64,000 nt of DNA from Camelus ferus (lineage: Eukaryota): positions 105,650,001 through 105,714,000 of the forward strand of contig NC_045697.1 in assembly GCF_009834535.1 (NCBI RefSeq), written 5' to 3'. Below, piece after piece: positions 49,320 to 62,598 of the stretch. Made by a program: the position numbers and the translations under genes. Position 1 is the stretch's first letter. Each line of letters opens with the position of its first letter. Below the pieces are notes generated by a model that worked only from the letters and a program-made list of their open reading frames with translations, was not told the DNA's origin and searched no databases.

Positions 49320-49960
49320 AAGATGGGATTTTCACTAAACTATTTGCTCTTGAGCAGAACTGCTGGAAAACGGTGGAAGTTTGAACATTGGAAGTGGAGG
49401 GGAAAAAACTCTGAAACTCTATCTCAGAAGTACTCCCACTTGAAAAAGAAAATCAAAATAGTGTGGCCAAAATGACATAGTAAAGCCAAGCAGAATTATT
49501 TAGGGCTCTTGTTGATGGACTCTTATTTGGTATTAGGAATTACTGAACGTGAACCCTGCCCTCAGGGAAGCCAGGGTAGTAGTGGTCATGAAAGAAATAC
49601 TTTGTTGACCATTTTGCAAAATTTGAGGCAATATTTTGGGAGAGGGCGTTGAGAAAGCTTTCTGAATGTTTGGAGTTGAACAACAATTGCAAAGAGGAAG
49701 GGCTTTTGCTTTGTGGGCTAAAGGAACGTGGTTGTATTTGGGAATAATGGGCCAGTAATGTGTCAGTGGTCAAAGGAAGGCGGCTTTGGGGCTGTGCATG
49801 GGGCTAGGCTAATGGTAGCAGTGTAGAGGATGGCGGAAACGACGGTAGCAGTCTCAATGGTAAAATTATTTGAGGTCAGCACCAAACACTAAGTAAGAAA
49901 GTGGGGAATGGTGACAAGTACCATATGGTGATCATGAAATATTCCCGTCATCGGCATTGA
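49320..49960 (+). pseudogene. Highly degraded processed pseudogene of the hnRNP A/B family (most similar to HNRNPA2B1)
   Basis: Colinear motifs FTKLF (49331), VDG (49511), SGKPG-x5-KKYFV (49562-49606), LRQYFG-x17-KRKGFCFV (RNP-1-like, about 49623-49715), NG/RKA-like segment, Gly-rich codons, and an M9-like end with CCATATGGTG (PYG, 49921). Many stops and indels; no introns. Confidence 0.6.
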
Positions 49961-50404
49961 AGATTCTGATGAATTTGGAAAACAAACTAAAGGTCTAACT
50001 TGAATAGACCTCGATTAAGAGATTTCGTAGAGGGTATAGAGACCCTAGACTAAGGGTGAATGAAGGAAGTGCCTCATACTGGGGAGAAAGCAGGGCTATA
50101 TAATCTTTACACAAGTCAGCACGAATCTAACTCTTCTTTTTACAGAGGTGAAATAGAAAGCAGATTTTCTTCCATTCAGCCAAACCAAACACTAATAAAA
50201 TTGGCCAGCATGAATGCAGAAATAAATCATCCCATACATGATTAATGTGTACATATAACAGAGTTTCTGAAAGCAGGTACAAAATATATTTTTCCACCAT
50301 CACGTAAACTCTGTAATATTTCCATAATTTGAGATTTCAAGAATAAGAAGAGAATAGCTCTAAATGTTGGCTTCTCTGAAGAGCAGTCATTACAGATGTA
50401 TTTT

Positions 50405-52440
50405 CCACCATTCTAGTATCCTATACACTGGTTTCACTACCCTAAACATCCCCTGTTCTCCACCTATTCATCCCTCCCACACCCTAGGCCAACAATTAGA
50501 GACATTGATTTTTTTTTTTTTACTATCTCCATAATTTTTCTTTTCCAGAATGTCACTTAATTGGAAACATACAGTATGTAGTCTTTTGGATTGACTTCTT
50601 TCACTTAGCGATATGCATTTATATTTTTGCCTTGTCTTTTCATGGCTTGACAGCTCATTTCTTTTTAGCCCTGAACAACATTCCATTGTCTGGATGTACC
50701 ACAGTTTATTTATCCATCTACCTACTGTAGGACGTCTTGGTTGCTTTCAAGTTTTAGCAGTTATAAATAAAGTTGCTATGAATATCTATGTGCAAGTTTT
50801 TGTGTGAGCATTAATTTTCAGTGTCTTTTAGTAGATAACAAAGAACATGATTGCTGGATCATATGGTAAAAGAATGTTTAGTTTATAAGAAACTGCTAAA
50901 CTATCTTCCTAAGTGACTGTACCAGTTTGCATTCCCACCAGCAATTAATGAGAGTTCCTGTTGCCCCACACTCTCACCAGCACTTGATGTTGTCAGTACT
51001 CTGGATTTTGGCCATTCTAATAAATATACAGTGACATCTTGTTGTTGTTTTAATTGGCATTTCCCTGATGACATATGACGTGGAACATCATTCCATATGC
51101 TTGTTTGCCATTTCTATATCTTCTTTGGTGAGGTTTTTTGTTTTTTTTTTTAATTATAGAATTTTGCTGTGGGGAGTCCTCGCAGGGCTCTCTCCCCCAC
51201 CCCCAGTTTTATTGAGAAATAATTAACATCCATCACTGCATAGGTTTAAGGTGTACAGCGTGATGGTTTCATTTACATATGTTGTGAAATGATTACCACA
51301 ATAGAGTTGATTAATATCCATCATCTCGTATCAATATGATAAAAAGAAAAGAAAAATTTCTCCTTGTGATGAGAACTCTTAGGATCTACTCTCTTAACTT
51401 TTCTATGTATCATGTTAACTACAGTCATCAAATTGTATATTACATCTCTAGTACTTATTTATCTCAGAACTGGAAGTTTATACCTTTTTACCATCTTCCC
51501 CCAATTCCCCCTCCCTTCAATCCCCACCTCGGGCAACTACAAATCTGATCTCTTCTTCTATGAGCTTGTTATTTATTTATTTATTTACTTTTTTACTTAT
51601 TTCATTTAGATTCTACATATAAGTAAGATCATATAATATTTATCTTTCTCTGACTTACTTTGCTTTGCATAATGCCCTCAAGGTCCATCCATGTTGTTGT
51701 AAATGATAGAATTTCCTCATTTTTATGGCTGAATAGTATTCCACACACACACACACACAGATACACACACACAACATCTTCTTTATCCATTCATCCATTG
51801 ATGGGCACTGTTATTTCCATGTCTTGACTATTGTAAACAATGTTGCTGTGAACATGGGAGTGCAGATATCTTTTTCAATTAGTGTTTTTTGTTTCCTTTG
51901 GATCTGTTCTTAGAAGTGGGAATGCTGGACCATATGGTAGTTCTAGTTTTAGTTTTTTGAGATAGAGTTCTTTGTATGTTTCATATGACAGTCCTTTATC
52001 AGATGTGTCTTTTGCAACTATTTTCTCCCTGTCTTATGGCTTGTCTTCTCATTCTCTTGACATTGCCTTTCACAGAGCAGAAGTTTTAATTTTACTAAAG
52101 GCCAGCTTATCAGTTACTTCTTTCATGGATTGTGCCTTTGTTGTGTCTGTAAAGTCACTGCCATACCCAAGGTCATCTAAATTTTCTCCTATGTTATCTT
52201 CTAGAAGTCTTATAATCTTGTATTTTATATTTAAGTCTGTGATCCATTTTGAGTTAACTTTTGTGTAGAGTGTATAGTCAGTATTTAGATTCGTTTGTTT
52301 TGCATGTGGATGTCCAGTTGTTCCAGCATCATTTCTTGAAAAGGCTGTCTTTTTTCTTTTGTATTGTCTTTGCTCCTTTGTCAAAGACCAGATAACTATA
52401 TTTATGTGTTTCTGTTTCTGGATTCTCTATTTTGCTATTT
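50405..52440 (-). mobile_element. L1MC1-type LINE-1 3' portion split by a nested L1
   Basis: Antisense of the same family as about 32750-34000 (GGCTTGACAGCTCATTTCTTTTTAG); minus ORF YTKVNSKWITDLNIKYKIIRLLEDNIGENL. Confidence 0.9.
51206..51960 (-). mobile_element. Nested L1MA9/10-like 3' end
   Basis: TTTTATTGAGAAATAATT...GTTTAAGGTGTACAG...GTGATGAGAACTCTTAGGATCTACTCTCTTA...GCTGGACCATATGGTAGTTCTA. Confidence 0.88.
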
Positions 52441-52896
52441 TTCTTTATTTAGTAGGCTTATAATATTTTTAAATGTATGCTTATATTAAAATAAATACTA
52501 TCGTGTTTTCTTCTGAGTATAAAAAACCAAGTTAGCAGTTATGATGATAATCAAAGTCCCATGAATGTGAATAGCAACTCTCCTTGGAAGGCTGCTGAGA
52601 TTTTAGAAAACTTAATCACCAAAGAGAGACCACAGAAGACTAAGTCAAATTGTGGTGGTCATTGCATGTGCTCTTTCTTCTCTAACTTCCATTCGCAGCC
52701 TTGGTCCTCCCCCAAGGTTGGAATGGCCCCAAGGACCATTCCCTCAATGTCTTTACGCCTTCTCAAACCATGAACCCTGGCTGACTTTCCATTCTTCTTT
52801 CTGCCTTCAAACAGAAACGCCCAGCCCATTTCTTCTTCCCTCAGGAACATATGTTTTTTCTTTTGGAGATGCTAATAAATGAATAGGCTCAATGTG

Positions 52897-53305
52897 TGTG
52901 CAGACAATATTGGTGCTCCACCCAGGATCCCATCAGTCCCTTCATCCCATTTTGGGGGACTCCTGGCTTTGTGTGCTTTCACTTTCAGTAAGCAGTGTCT
53001 GTCACTTCAGAATCTCTTTGCCCACAAGAATCTAGAGATTTACATCCTTCTAGAGTAGGCTTTAAAGAACCGCTGAGGAGTGCAAGATTATGAAAGGCTG
53101 GCTCTCTTACCTTGAGTCAGGGACAGTGCTGAGACAAAGCTTACTCTTCAAGGTTCCTCTTTTGAATCAGGCATAGAGAATGCTTGGCCTCTTCCCTGTT
53201 CCTCTCCTGTTCTCTTCATCCTTACTGATATCCCCTGGAAGTGTGTACATCTCTTCCACATAAATCCCTGTTGGGTTCTGCTTCTTGTGTGCCTGACTTG
53301 AGGTG
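52897..53305 (+). mobile_element. LTR16-family ERVL solo LTR
   Basis: GGTGCTCCACCCAGGATCCC...CTTGAGTCAGGGACAGTGCTGAG...CTTGGCCTCTTCCC...AAATCCCTG...TCTGCTTCT...CCTGACTTGAG. Confidence 0.7.
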
Positions 53306-53529
53306 GTGTGTTACCTGTTTTAGAGTCATTTATATTTTAGCTATGATTACTGAAGACATGATGCTTTAGCTCAAAGGACTTACCCTCTAATGATGGAGTA
53401 GCGTGCCCATGTAAGGCAGCGGGGTGTGTGAGCACATGCGTGTAAAGAGTGCCCTTAAACTCTGTAGATGATCCCCTAACTGACTACACAGAGGGGGAGA
53501 TTTAGTTATAGGCATAAGCTAAATCATAT

Positions 53530-53690
53530 CTTTAACTCTATGTTACTGATTTTCTCATCTATAAAATGGGGACAATCTCCTGATGATATCTTCATGGGGT
53601 TGTTGTGAAGTTCAAATGAGATAATAAAATTACTTAGAGCTTAGTCTGTGCTTAACACATAGTAATCATTCATTAGTATTTGCTAATTTC
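53530..53690 (+). mobile_element. MIR SINE
   Basis: TTTTCTCATCTATAAAATGGGGACAAT...GGGTTGTTGTGAAGTTCAAATGAGATAAT. Confidence 0.85.
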
Positions 53691-55029
53691 TTGGGAAGTG
53701 ATTTTATACAGGCTAAAATTAACAGCTTTAAATTAAACCAAGCTTAAATGGATTCAAATGATAGCAGCTTACCATTTTATTAAAGTCTGACTTTGAGTAA
53801 GCACTTAACATTCTCTAAATGCCTTAGTTACCACTGTCTATAGAATGAAAGTCTTCAAATCAGAGAAATTCAGTCTGAAATAGACCAATGAATAGAATTA
53901 TAAGTAGCAGATTTATAGCAAAAACATAAATTAATCTTGTTTAGAGATTGAAGTCTTGAAAATGATTCACAAAATATAGTAATTATTAATGGTAAACTCA
54001 GTGTATATTTTATGGTACCACTTGATAAAGTTGAGAGCTACTAGTTAGATATCAGATGCCTTGAGCTTACCTTTTGTTGCATTTCTGTTTTATGACAATT
54101 AGTTAGCTTTATTAATAAAGACATTAATGAGACTAAGTTATCCATTTGATCTCAGTGTGGAGTAAGCTTTTCTTTGTTTCATGATCACAGACTGGACCCC
54201 TAATCCTTGCCAGTCATTATGTGGATTTATAATGCTCAATATGAGAATGCTAATGAAATTGGTCAGTATGAACACAGCAGTATAAATTCCAAAAGGCCAT
54301 TTATACGTGTGTGTGTATGCGTATGTATGTATATATAATAATAGCACATCAAAATAGGTCCAAAGTATTCAAGAAGGATTTGGTAAGGTTGAGGCTGTTG
54401 GTATAATTATGAAATTCACTGTAAACTCATGACAATGACTAAGGAAAATGCTCAAAGTGCATGTATAACTTTATGTGAGAAGATTCATTTTCTGAAAAAA
54501 AAGGGAAGGCATAATTTTTGCTGCATCTCCCTGGGCCTTAGCTCTACATTTATATATATATAAATAGTGGTACCTTTTTCTCACATATTAAATCACATTA
54601 TTTAGAGAGAAATGAAGAGAAAAGTTTTTGGATTCTTTAGAAGAAAGGCACAATATTCAGTTAAGTGCATCTATTATTTTTATGACTTTCTTCAGAAAAT
54701 CCTTAAATATGCATTAATTGAAGAATAGGGAAAGTATATTTTGCCCTGGGATTGTGAATCACAGAGATAATCAAAGATGATTTGAGAGTTCCCAGACATA
54801 GCTAAAAAAAAAAAAAAAAAGCCATGTAACTCCTTGGTGCCTGAATAGGTTGGGACTAGAAGAACTCAAAGGAACATTCTGGCTCCACAGTTCTCTTTTA
54901 TGAGTCTGTGATTTGTGATTTCACACACACATAGTGTGTATGTCTCAAGTGGCATTCACTAGGACCTGCTTCTGTAAATGATTCCACTTTCCTTACTTGC
55001 TTCCTTCTAATTGAATTAGTTCTTTTTTC

Positions 55030-55200
55030 ATTTTTAATAACATATTGGTTTCTTTTTATTTTTACAAGCAATATATGTTCATTGCAGACAAATAGAACCT
55101 CATAAAGCATGAAATAAAAAATAGCAATCACCTATAATCCCCACCCCCAGAGATAACCACCATTAGCATTTTGATGCATTTCCTCCCAGTTGTCTACATG
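55030..55200 (-). mobile_element. L1ME4-like 3' end
   Basis: AATATATGTTCATTGCAGA...AATCACCTATAATCCCCACCCCCAGAGATAACCACCATTAGCATTTTG. Confidence 0.7.
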
Positions 55201-55202
55201 TC

Positions 55203-55426
55203 TTTTTAAAAAAAAATTTGAAGTGTAATTGACTTACAATACTATGTTAGTTCCAGGTGCACAACATAGTGATTCAGTATTTCTATACATTACAAAATGA
55301 TCACCATGATAAGTCTAGCTACCATCTGTCACTATACAAAGGTGTTACAATATAATTGACTATATTCCCTATACTATACATTTCATCCCCATGATTCATT
55401 TGTAACTGGAGGTTTGAACTTCTTAA
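55203..55426 (-). mobile_element. L1 3' UTR fragment
   Basis: GTGTAATTGACTTACAATACTATGTTAGTTCCAGGTGCACAACATAGTGATTC...AAGTCTAGCTACCATCTGTCAC. Confidence 0.85.
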
Positions 55427-56083
55427 TTAAATTAGTTCTTGATCTTTATGGTTAGCCTCCTCTATGCTGGGTTCTTTCATATAGAATTTATACTTTTTCC
55501 TATGTTCTGAAAACTTATCAAACCAAAATGATCTGTTTGCTAGTAACTTGTAGATTATTTTTAGAAGTTCCACTCTTGACTTTTCCTAGTATGTTTCTTG
55601 AATGCTCAACTTTACTTGCCACTGACACTTGTACTGACACTATGGGGAACCTGATGTTTTATGGGACACAAGATAGACTGAGGAAAATGACCAGAGAAAT
55701 TGGAAAAAAATCAGATACTGATTGATGTTGCTCTTGGTCAAGCCAAGAAGCCCAAAATGGAGCAAATATGTCAGGTAAAATAAAAGGATTGAGAGTTCAC
55801 ATGCTGCAGAATTCCTCTTGCACTTTTCCTCCTCCTATACGTAAATAACACTGTTGTTAATAATTAAATCTCAAAGGAGAATATTTAGCTGAATCTCACT
55901 TCAAAAGAGCTGCCATTTTCAGACAGTTGGTCTTGTGTTGGGTGTGGCTGCAACTCTGAGAGAGAGACTGACCATTTTGAAAGACAAAGCTAGTGGCTTT
56001 CTCCATTGCTCATTTCTTTTCTAAAGTCAAGTACAGAGCTAGAGTAGAAACAAGTTGACCCACATAGCATTGCCAATGCTCTT

Positions 56084-56639
56084 TAAATTTTTTTTCTTTA
56101 ATTGATATATAGTTGATTTACAATGTTGTGTTAATTTTGGGTGTACAGCAATGTGATTCAGTTGTATACACACACACATATATATATGTATCCTTTCTCA
56201 GATTCTTTGTCATTATAGGTTATTACAAGATATTGAATATAGTTCCCTGTGCTATATAGTATGTCCTTGCTTTTTACTTTATATATAGTAGTGTATATCT
56301 ATTAATCCCAAACTCCTAATTTGTCCCTCTTCCTCACCCTTTCTCTTTTGGGAACCATAAGTTTGTTTTCTATGTCTGTTAGTCTATTTCTATTTTGTAA
56401 ATAAGTTCATTTGTATCATTTTTTTATTCCACATATAAGTGATATTATTTGATATTTGTCTTTCTCTTGACTTCACTTAGTATGATGATCTCTAGGTCCA
56501 TCCATGTTGCTGCAAATGTCATTATTTCATTTTTTATGACCAAGTAGTATTCCATTACATATATATACCACAACTTCTTTATCCATTCATCTTTTGATGA
56601 ACATTTAGGTTGCTTCCATATCTTGGCTATTATAAATAG
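56084..56639 (-). mobile_element. 5'-truncated L1 with degenerate 13-bp TSD
   Basis: Minus [28 protein letters not shown]; flanks TGCCAATGCTCTT (56071-56083) and TGTCAGTGCTCTT (56640-56652). Confidence 0.92.
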
Positions 56640-59444
56640 TGTCAGTGCTCTTGACAATATTGTGAAGGATGAGAAATTCTTTAGCAGAATATAGAAAGAA
56701 AAAAAAGTTTGGGGTTTCTCAGTTCTATTATCTTTCTTTATAGATTAAAGTGGGATTTTTTTTAGAATTTTAAATTAGATATAGAAACATTCTTTGTTAG
56801 TTTAGCAGTATTCCACTGGACACAGTAGCAACCGCAATTGCCAAGTAGCTGGAAGAAATGTTTTCTCAAATAGAAGGGAATGTTATTAATTCCCAAGATA
56901 GAAGTGTGGTAAATTCAAAGGAATTAGTTTGTAAATTTGACTTGGTAATGAACCACAAAAGGAAAAAAGTGCTATAAATTTCCCCTAAATCAGTAGCTAA
57001 CATTGGATACTTGAGATGCCCTAACACTTTCACAGAACACTTTAAGTAAATGGTGGAAATAACATTAGTCAATCATTTCATAGAACTTGACAAAAAGAAC
57101 CACAACTCTTGAGTCTTGGAAATATAGGCTTAGGATATAAATCCAGGAGAAAAATCCTTTAAAAATTTGGAAATAAAGACCTTCTGTGTTTTGTCTGGAG
57201 AACTTAAATTTTAAGGGGGGAAATCCATGAGTCCCCATTTATAACCCACATTTTCCTGGTCCAAATTCAGTTTTTCATCTGGAATACCCAGTAACCAGGA
57301 AAGGGGACTCTCACTTTCATAATGAGAAGAAAGAAGACAGAGGTAAGTTTAAAACAAGAAAATAGCCAGTAAAAAAGGAAACAGGTAGGAGAGGCATTTG
57401 TGACTTTAAACCAGTAGGACGCCATAGTGAACAGAACTGCAAGAATCGGGGGAAAGTCCACCAGTGGGCTCTTTCAGTATCCTTAGTACTTGAACTTACA
57501 CAATATAATGATAATCAAGATAATTTTTAGTTATCTTGAAGTGAAAATATTAAACTATAAACTTACATATTAAGTTACACTTAGAAATATAATTGAGGTT
57601 TTATGGCATGAAAATTAAATGACTTACAGACTGCAAGCTATTATAGCTAGAAAACTTATATATGTGTGTATATATATGCATATATAAAATATGTGTCATT
57701 ATGTCATGTATATATCATCTCTACCATTTTAATCAATTAAAGGTCCAATTCCCCCACCCTCCATCTATTTTCCTTCTTATTACTCGTTACCAAAAAAAAT
57801 TTAACATTATCATCTGGTGTTGAGGGCTCTATGGTGCTATAATATCTTCTTTGTAGAGTTGAAAAGAAAACATAGCTTCTGTCCTCATGATGGGTAAACA
57901 AATACAGAATAGTAATTTCTCCCATGGGTCATCTTATTGGTGATGACAGCTTAAAGTTCTTGCTTAAGTTAGCTTGCTGGCAATCTGTATGTCATTGCCT
58001 TTCGATTAAACGAAGTGGGTCATTGTAGAAGAGACGGAATTGAAGCTGTGCTTTGCAGCAAGAAGGGAAGCTAGGTGGAGAGCAATGTATCCTAGGGGAG
58101 CATGGCTTTGGGAGAAGCATAGACCTTTGAGTGGAAGCCATGCTCAAAGGTGATCTACATAGACTTGGAGGACAAAGAGAATCTAGAGAACTCTCAGGCA
58201 ATGTGTAGATCACTGCCAGTTGCTGCCTGTAAAGCATTTTTAAGACAAGGGGACATTTGATTGCAAAGGCTCAGGGAACACTTCTTGGTTGGTCCCTGGC
58301 CCATATAGCAGATTGGGCTGCCATTTGTGTACTAGATTAATGGCGAAATTGAAAGTGCCTTTGATATCTGTTTTATATGTGGTCGCTAAGGTAAATGTTT
58401 AATAAGTAACCAGAGGTCAGTTACGAGGGCTGTTCCTTTTTTACATGAAAATAATTGTGAGCTGCTCTGTGAGAAAAACAAACCATATGCAAAAGGTTTC
58501 AAAGTGAGTTTTATTGCTTCATTAAAGTTTTTATGGTGTTTTCTTCCAACATGACTAACTCAATGAAATAAAAGGAGAAGCTGCCTTCAAAGAAGGATGT
58601 CGTTACTTCCTCTCCCCATGAGTCTCGTTAAGTATCTAGTTCTTATCTATTCATGATTTCATCAAAAGCTGTAGCCTCTTGCCTTTTATATGTCTTGTTT
58701 GATATCTGTTAGTTGAACTACATTAAACTAAGGAGTTATTTTGCCCTGGATCAAAACAACAAAAATAGACAAGTGAACTTTCTGAATTTTTGATTCCCAT
58801 GACCCACCCCTTTTTCTAATAACAAAGGATGGCATTTTTCTCTTGAACAACTTTGTATGTTTTTCTTTAAGCTTTTGCCCCTTATTGCCCATAATTAACC
58901 ACATTGGCTGGAGCTTATTTACTGTGGTTAGTTACTGAGTGGTTTGGATTTTCTCTTTACATTTTTCTGCTATTGGCATCTCCTTTTTCTTATTAAAATA
59001 TGTTCTGGGCAATTTCACTTCCTGCAATACCAGTCGTAAGCTATTTTGTTCCTGATTGCACTTCACAAGTGGGCGACGAGAAATGAACCATCACAAAGCC
59101 CTTGTAGGATATGTGTGACCTTGATTTTGCCGTTAACACTTCACCTTGCCTGTTTGCAATGTGGACTCCATCACATTCTCCTGCTTTTGCACTGCTGGCT
59201 TCTGCTTTATTCTCTTTGTTTTCATGTTCTTCCTCATTCAGGTCAGGTCCTCTCTGTGAAGCACCACACTGTTGAAAACTAAGGCCACATAGACCAAGGA
59301 TCAACCAAACCCTACATAACTGTGTGGTTCTCCCATTCTGAAATACATACTCAGCTATAAATGACAGTAACATATGCATAATATACAGGGATCTATGCAT
59401 ACATGCATACATATATACTAAAAATATAAGTATAGATTTTGCAT

Positions 59445-59558
59445 GTCTATCTTTGTTTATCTTTTGTATATCTTTCTATCATTTATCTATTAGCTATCTA
59501 TTAATTGTCTATCTATTGCTTATCTATCTATCCATCTATTATCTAGTGTCTATCTATT
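59445..59558. repeat. Degenerate (TATC)n microsatellite
   Basis: Repeated TATC/TCTA units with interruptions. Confidence 0.8.
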
Positions 59559-60334
59559 CAAAAAAGGAATTCAAATATTAGTACAGTTATCATTCACCTG
59601 TAAAGGAAGGAAAAAGTTTCTTTTGGTGGGGAGGATATTTAAAATCCCAAATTCACCTTTAAAAACCTTTCCCTCCCCAACAAACACTGTCCTAGAGGAG
59701 TGCTGCTGGGACCTACCTCTTGTTGGCCTGGGAGTCATACCTGCATAACAGCTCTCACGAGGTGAGGGAGCAGTCACACCCCACTACTCCTCAGTGTGTT
59801 CAGGATAGTGCCATGATGCTGAGAAGAAGGGCAAGACAGCAATTTTCTGCCACATTTGCCAGGAGGAGAGTCATGGTGGGCAAGACCTTCCCGACAGGCC
59901 CTGGACACCAATGACCAGCTTCCTTGGGCATGGCCATCCCTAGGGCCACACATCAAAACCTAAATACACAACTTCTGAAAAAAAAGAAAAATTAGGTCAG
60001 CCCCAGAGACCCCTATTTTCACCTAAACTATTTGTATTTCTCTGTTCTCTGTGGGAGTGAATTAACTTGTACGGGTATTTGGTGCAACCAATATCCATGA
60101 CACACACAATGGGTCCCTGTGACCCAGAAATGCATTAATGAAAAAGGAGAAGATTAGGTAGACTCAGCCATGCTTTCTGGTATGGACACATGTACTTATA
60201 GACTTATTAACACACACATTTCTTGAGCTGAGAAATGTCCAGCCAGTGCTGTGAGTCAATAGTGGACGAGAATTTTAAATTTCTTCAGGTACAGCCTGGT
60301 TTGTCCCAGGACCAAGCCTGCCATACCTTATGAT

Positions 60335-60565
60335 GACAGTTTCCAGGGTGCCAGGTGTGGGCTATGTGCTTTAAATATATTAGTTTATGTAATCCTTCCA
60401 ATGCACTTTGAGATAGAGTCTATAAATATCCCCATTTTGGGAATGAGAAACTAAGGCACGGAGAGACTAAACAATTTCCCCCAAAGTCACGGAGGATGTA
60501 ATCAGCAGTGCCAGGCTTTGAATTCGGGCATCTGGCTCTGGACAGGTTCTCCTTAACCACTCCAA
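60335..60565 (-). mobile_element. MIR SINE
   Basis: ATCCCCATTTTGGGAATGAGAAACTAAGGCACGGAGAGACTAA...AAGTCAC...GGCTTTGAATTCGGGCATCTGGCTC. Confidence 0.88.
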
Positions 60566-61099
60566 GGGATGGAACGTATTGGGAGCAGAGTGAGTCTTGA
60601 AGTTGCTTTATTTCACCATCTCTTTATGGATCTCTGGAGTGGGAATGAGCCCCAAAGTGGCTCTGTGGACATCTTCTGAATAAGGGTGGATGCTGGCCCC
60701 AACACACTAGGTGCAGGATATTAGCCTCCAGTAGTGATTTCTTCCTGGATCACTGGCGTATACACCAAGTGATCTAAGGGAGACGAACGCATGCCTGACT
60801 GTGGAAAACTTTGAGCAGTATGACTTTTTCCATGTATGTGTGCTTCTCTGAGTCCAGACAGTCATGGCTGAAAATTGGGGTGAGAAGATTTGAACAGAGT
60901 GGCATGGTCTTACTCAAAAGAACTATGTTCCACATGGTCATGTGTTTAAAGTACCACTAGCTTCTGGAAAGTTTTATAACATATTTTATATGTGACACAT
61001 ATAAAATCACACTAACAGTCTGAGGGACTAATTTATATAAATGTAAATAGTTACCAAAAGAAAAATACTAGAAAGAGAAGTGGAAGAATATCTAACTTT

Positions 61100-61265
61100 T
61101 GCAAGTGAATTTTACATTATCTCACCTAATCTTGTTTATGGACAAGATAGCTGGACCTTACAGAGATTAAGTGACTTTCTCAAGGTAACAGATACAATCA
61201 GGACAGAACTGGATTTGAAATCAAGTTTGTCTGATACCAAAGTCCTTGATCTTTACACATCACCG
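61100..61265 (-). mobile_element. MIR fragment
   Basis: CAGAGATTAAGTGACTTTCTCAAGGTAACA...GGATTTGAAATCAAGTTTGTCTGATACCAAAG. Confidence 0.75.
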
Positions 61266-62501
61266 TATGTGTGTGCATGTGCATGTGTGTGTTGGGGGTA
61301 TGTGAAAAGTGTGCTGACTAAGATTAAAAAAATACTAAGTGGTTTCCCCTTTTAGTTCCAGTAAAAGCTGAATGCTGTCCCTTCGACACATACATATTAG
61401 AAGTCATTGAGTTAACAAATGTTATTGAGAATATATCTTCTAGAGATTATGTGAAAGATAGTGCTACAAACATTACAGAATATAAAAGCCAATGGTCAGC
61501 TCAACTTTGTGCCAGTTGGTGGTTGGAAATGTTCATCTCAGTATCTCTATTATCACCTAATTATTTCTGTTCATTACTTCCGTCCTGCTTTTCCTTTGAA
61601 TATCAGCTTATTTAATTCCATCAGGGCAATTCTTTTTCTTCCAAGTTCAAGTGCTAGCAGGACTACACCAGAGAGTTCTCAGGAGGAATTCAATAGTAGA
61701 GGAAGATAGAGGAAACAGTAATAAGGAGCAAAAGGGCAAAGTTACTGATGGTGGAAGTGCAGGGTCACAGTGATTTGCAACAGAGGAAGCCCCCTTATTC
61801 CCAGCCCATTGTGTCTGGGTGACTGCAAAGATACTGTTATCAATGAGTCATTTTTCAGGAGACAGATATTAATATCTATTATATATGATCCACTAAGAAA
61901 ACACTGCTGCTACTGGAACTAGTGGTCAAAATAATAATTACAGCTGTGGCCAAACTGGTCTTCACCTAGAAGAAGAGATGATCAGGTCTCCAGTGGGATC
62001 ATTGCTATAAAATATTTTTCTAGGGAAGGATGAAATTCTGTTGATTCTCATTATGATTTGGCTGTGAGTTTAGGACTTACCCTGTGGCCACAGAGGATAA
62101 TCAGGCTAGTTATAGGTCAACATGAATTTGGAATCCAAAATTTCTCCTTATTAGCCTGGTGTGTCCACCAGAAGTCACATAGTCACATGTTGCTGAATGC
62201 CTCTTGAGAAAGGAAGGGCCAACTTTTCCTACTCCTCTCTGTACATATACCACACCGTCATTTAGTTCAAGAGTGATTAATCAAGGAATCACTAAATTGG
62301 GAGCAATAAGTCATAGTATCAATGTGATAGGGGAGTGATAAGTACACATTGGTTGTTCAATAAATCTCAACAGCCGGTCAATAAAAATAGGAGGGACGGT
62401 AATTAAGATGAATCTGTACTCAGAAGAGGTAACCTGAGAGGAGGAAGAGGTGGTGAAGAGTTATGCTGCCCCCAGGAGTCAGCAAAGCCCTCAGGCACCC
62501 A

Positions 62502-62598
62502 GGAACTCCAATAACTCCCTCTACGAGGAATTCCATGACGTTATGGAGCTTGGAACTCCAATAATTCCCTCTACGAGGAATTCCATGACGTTATGGAG
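62502..62598. repeat. Tandem duplication, 50-bp period, two copies
   Basis: GGAACTCCAATAA(C/T)TCCCTCTACGAGGAATTCCATGACGTTATGGAG at 62502-62548 and 62552-62598, one mismatch. Confidence 0.95.

Noticed and set aside
59041..59412. 123-aa minus-strand ORF with an acidic stretch
   Set aside because: Starts in low-complexity sequence and the acidic part is the antisense of a pyrimidine tract; no known homology.
62502..62598. Direct repeats with palindromic ends as a CRISPR array
   Set aside because: Only two copies with a 3-nt gap, no spacers, no cas genes, mammalian context.
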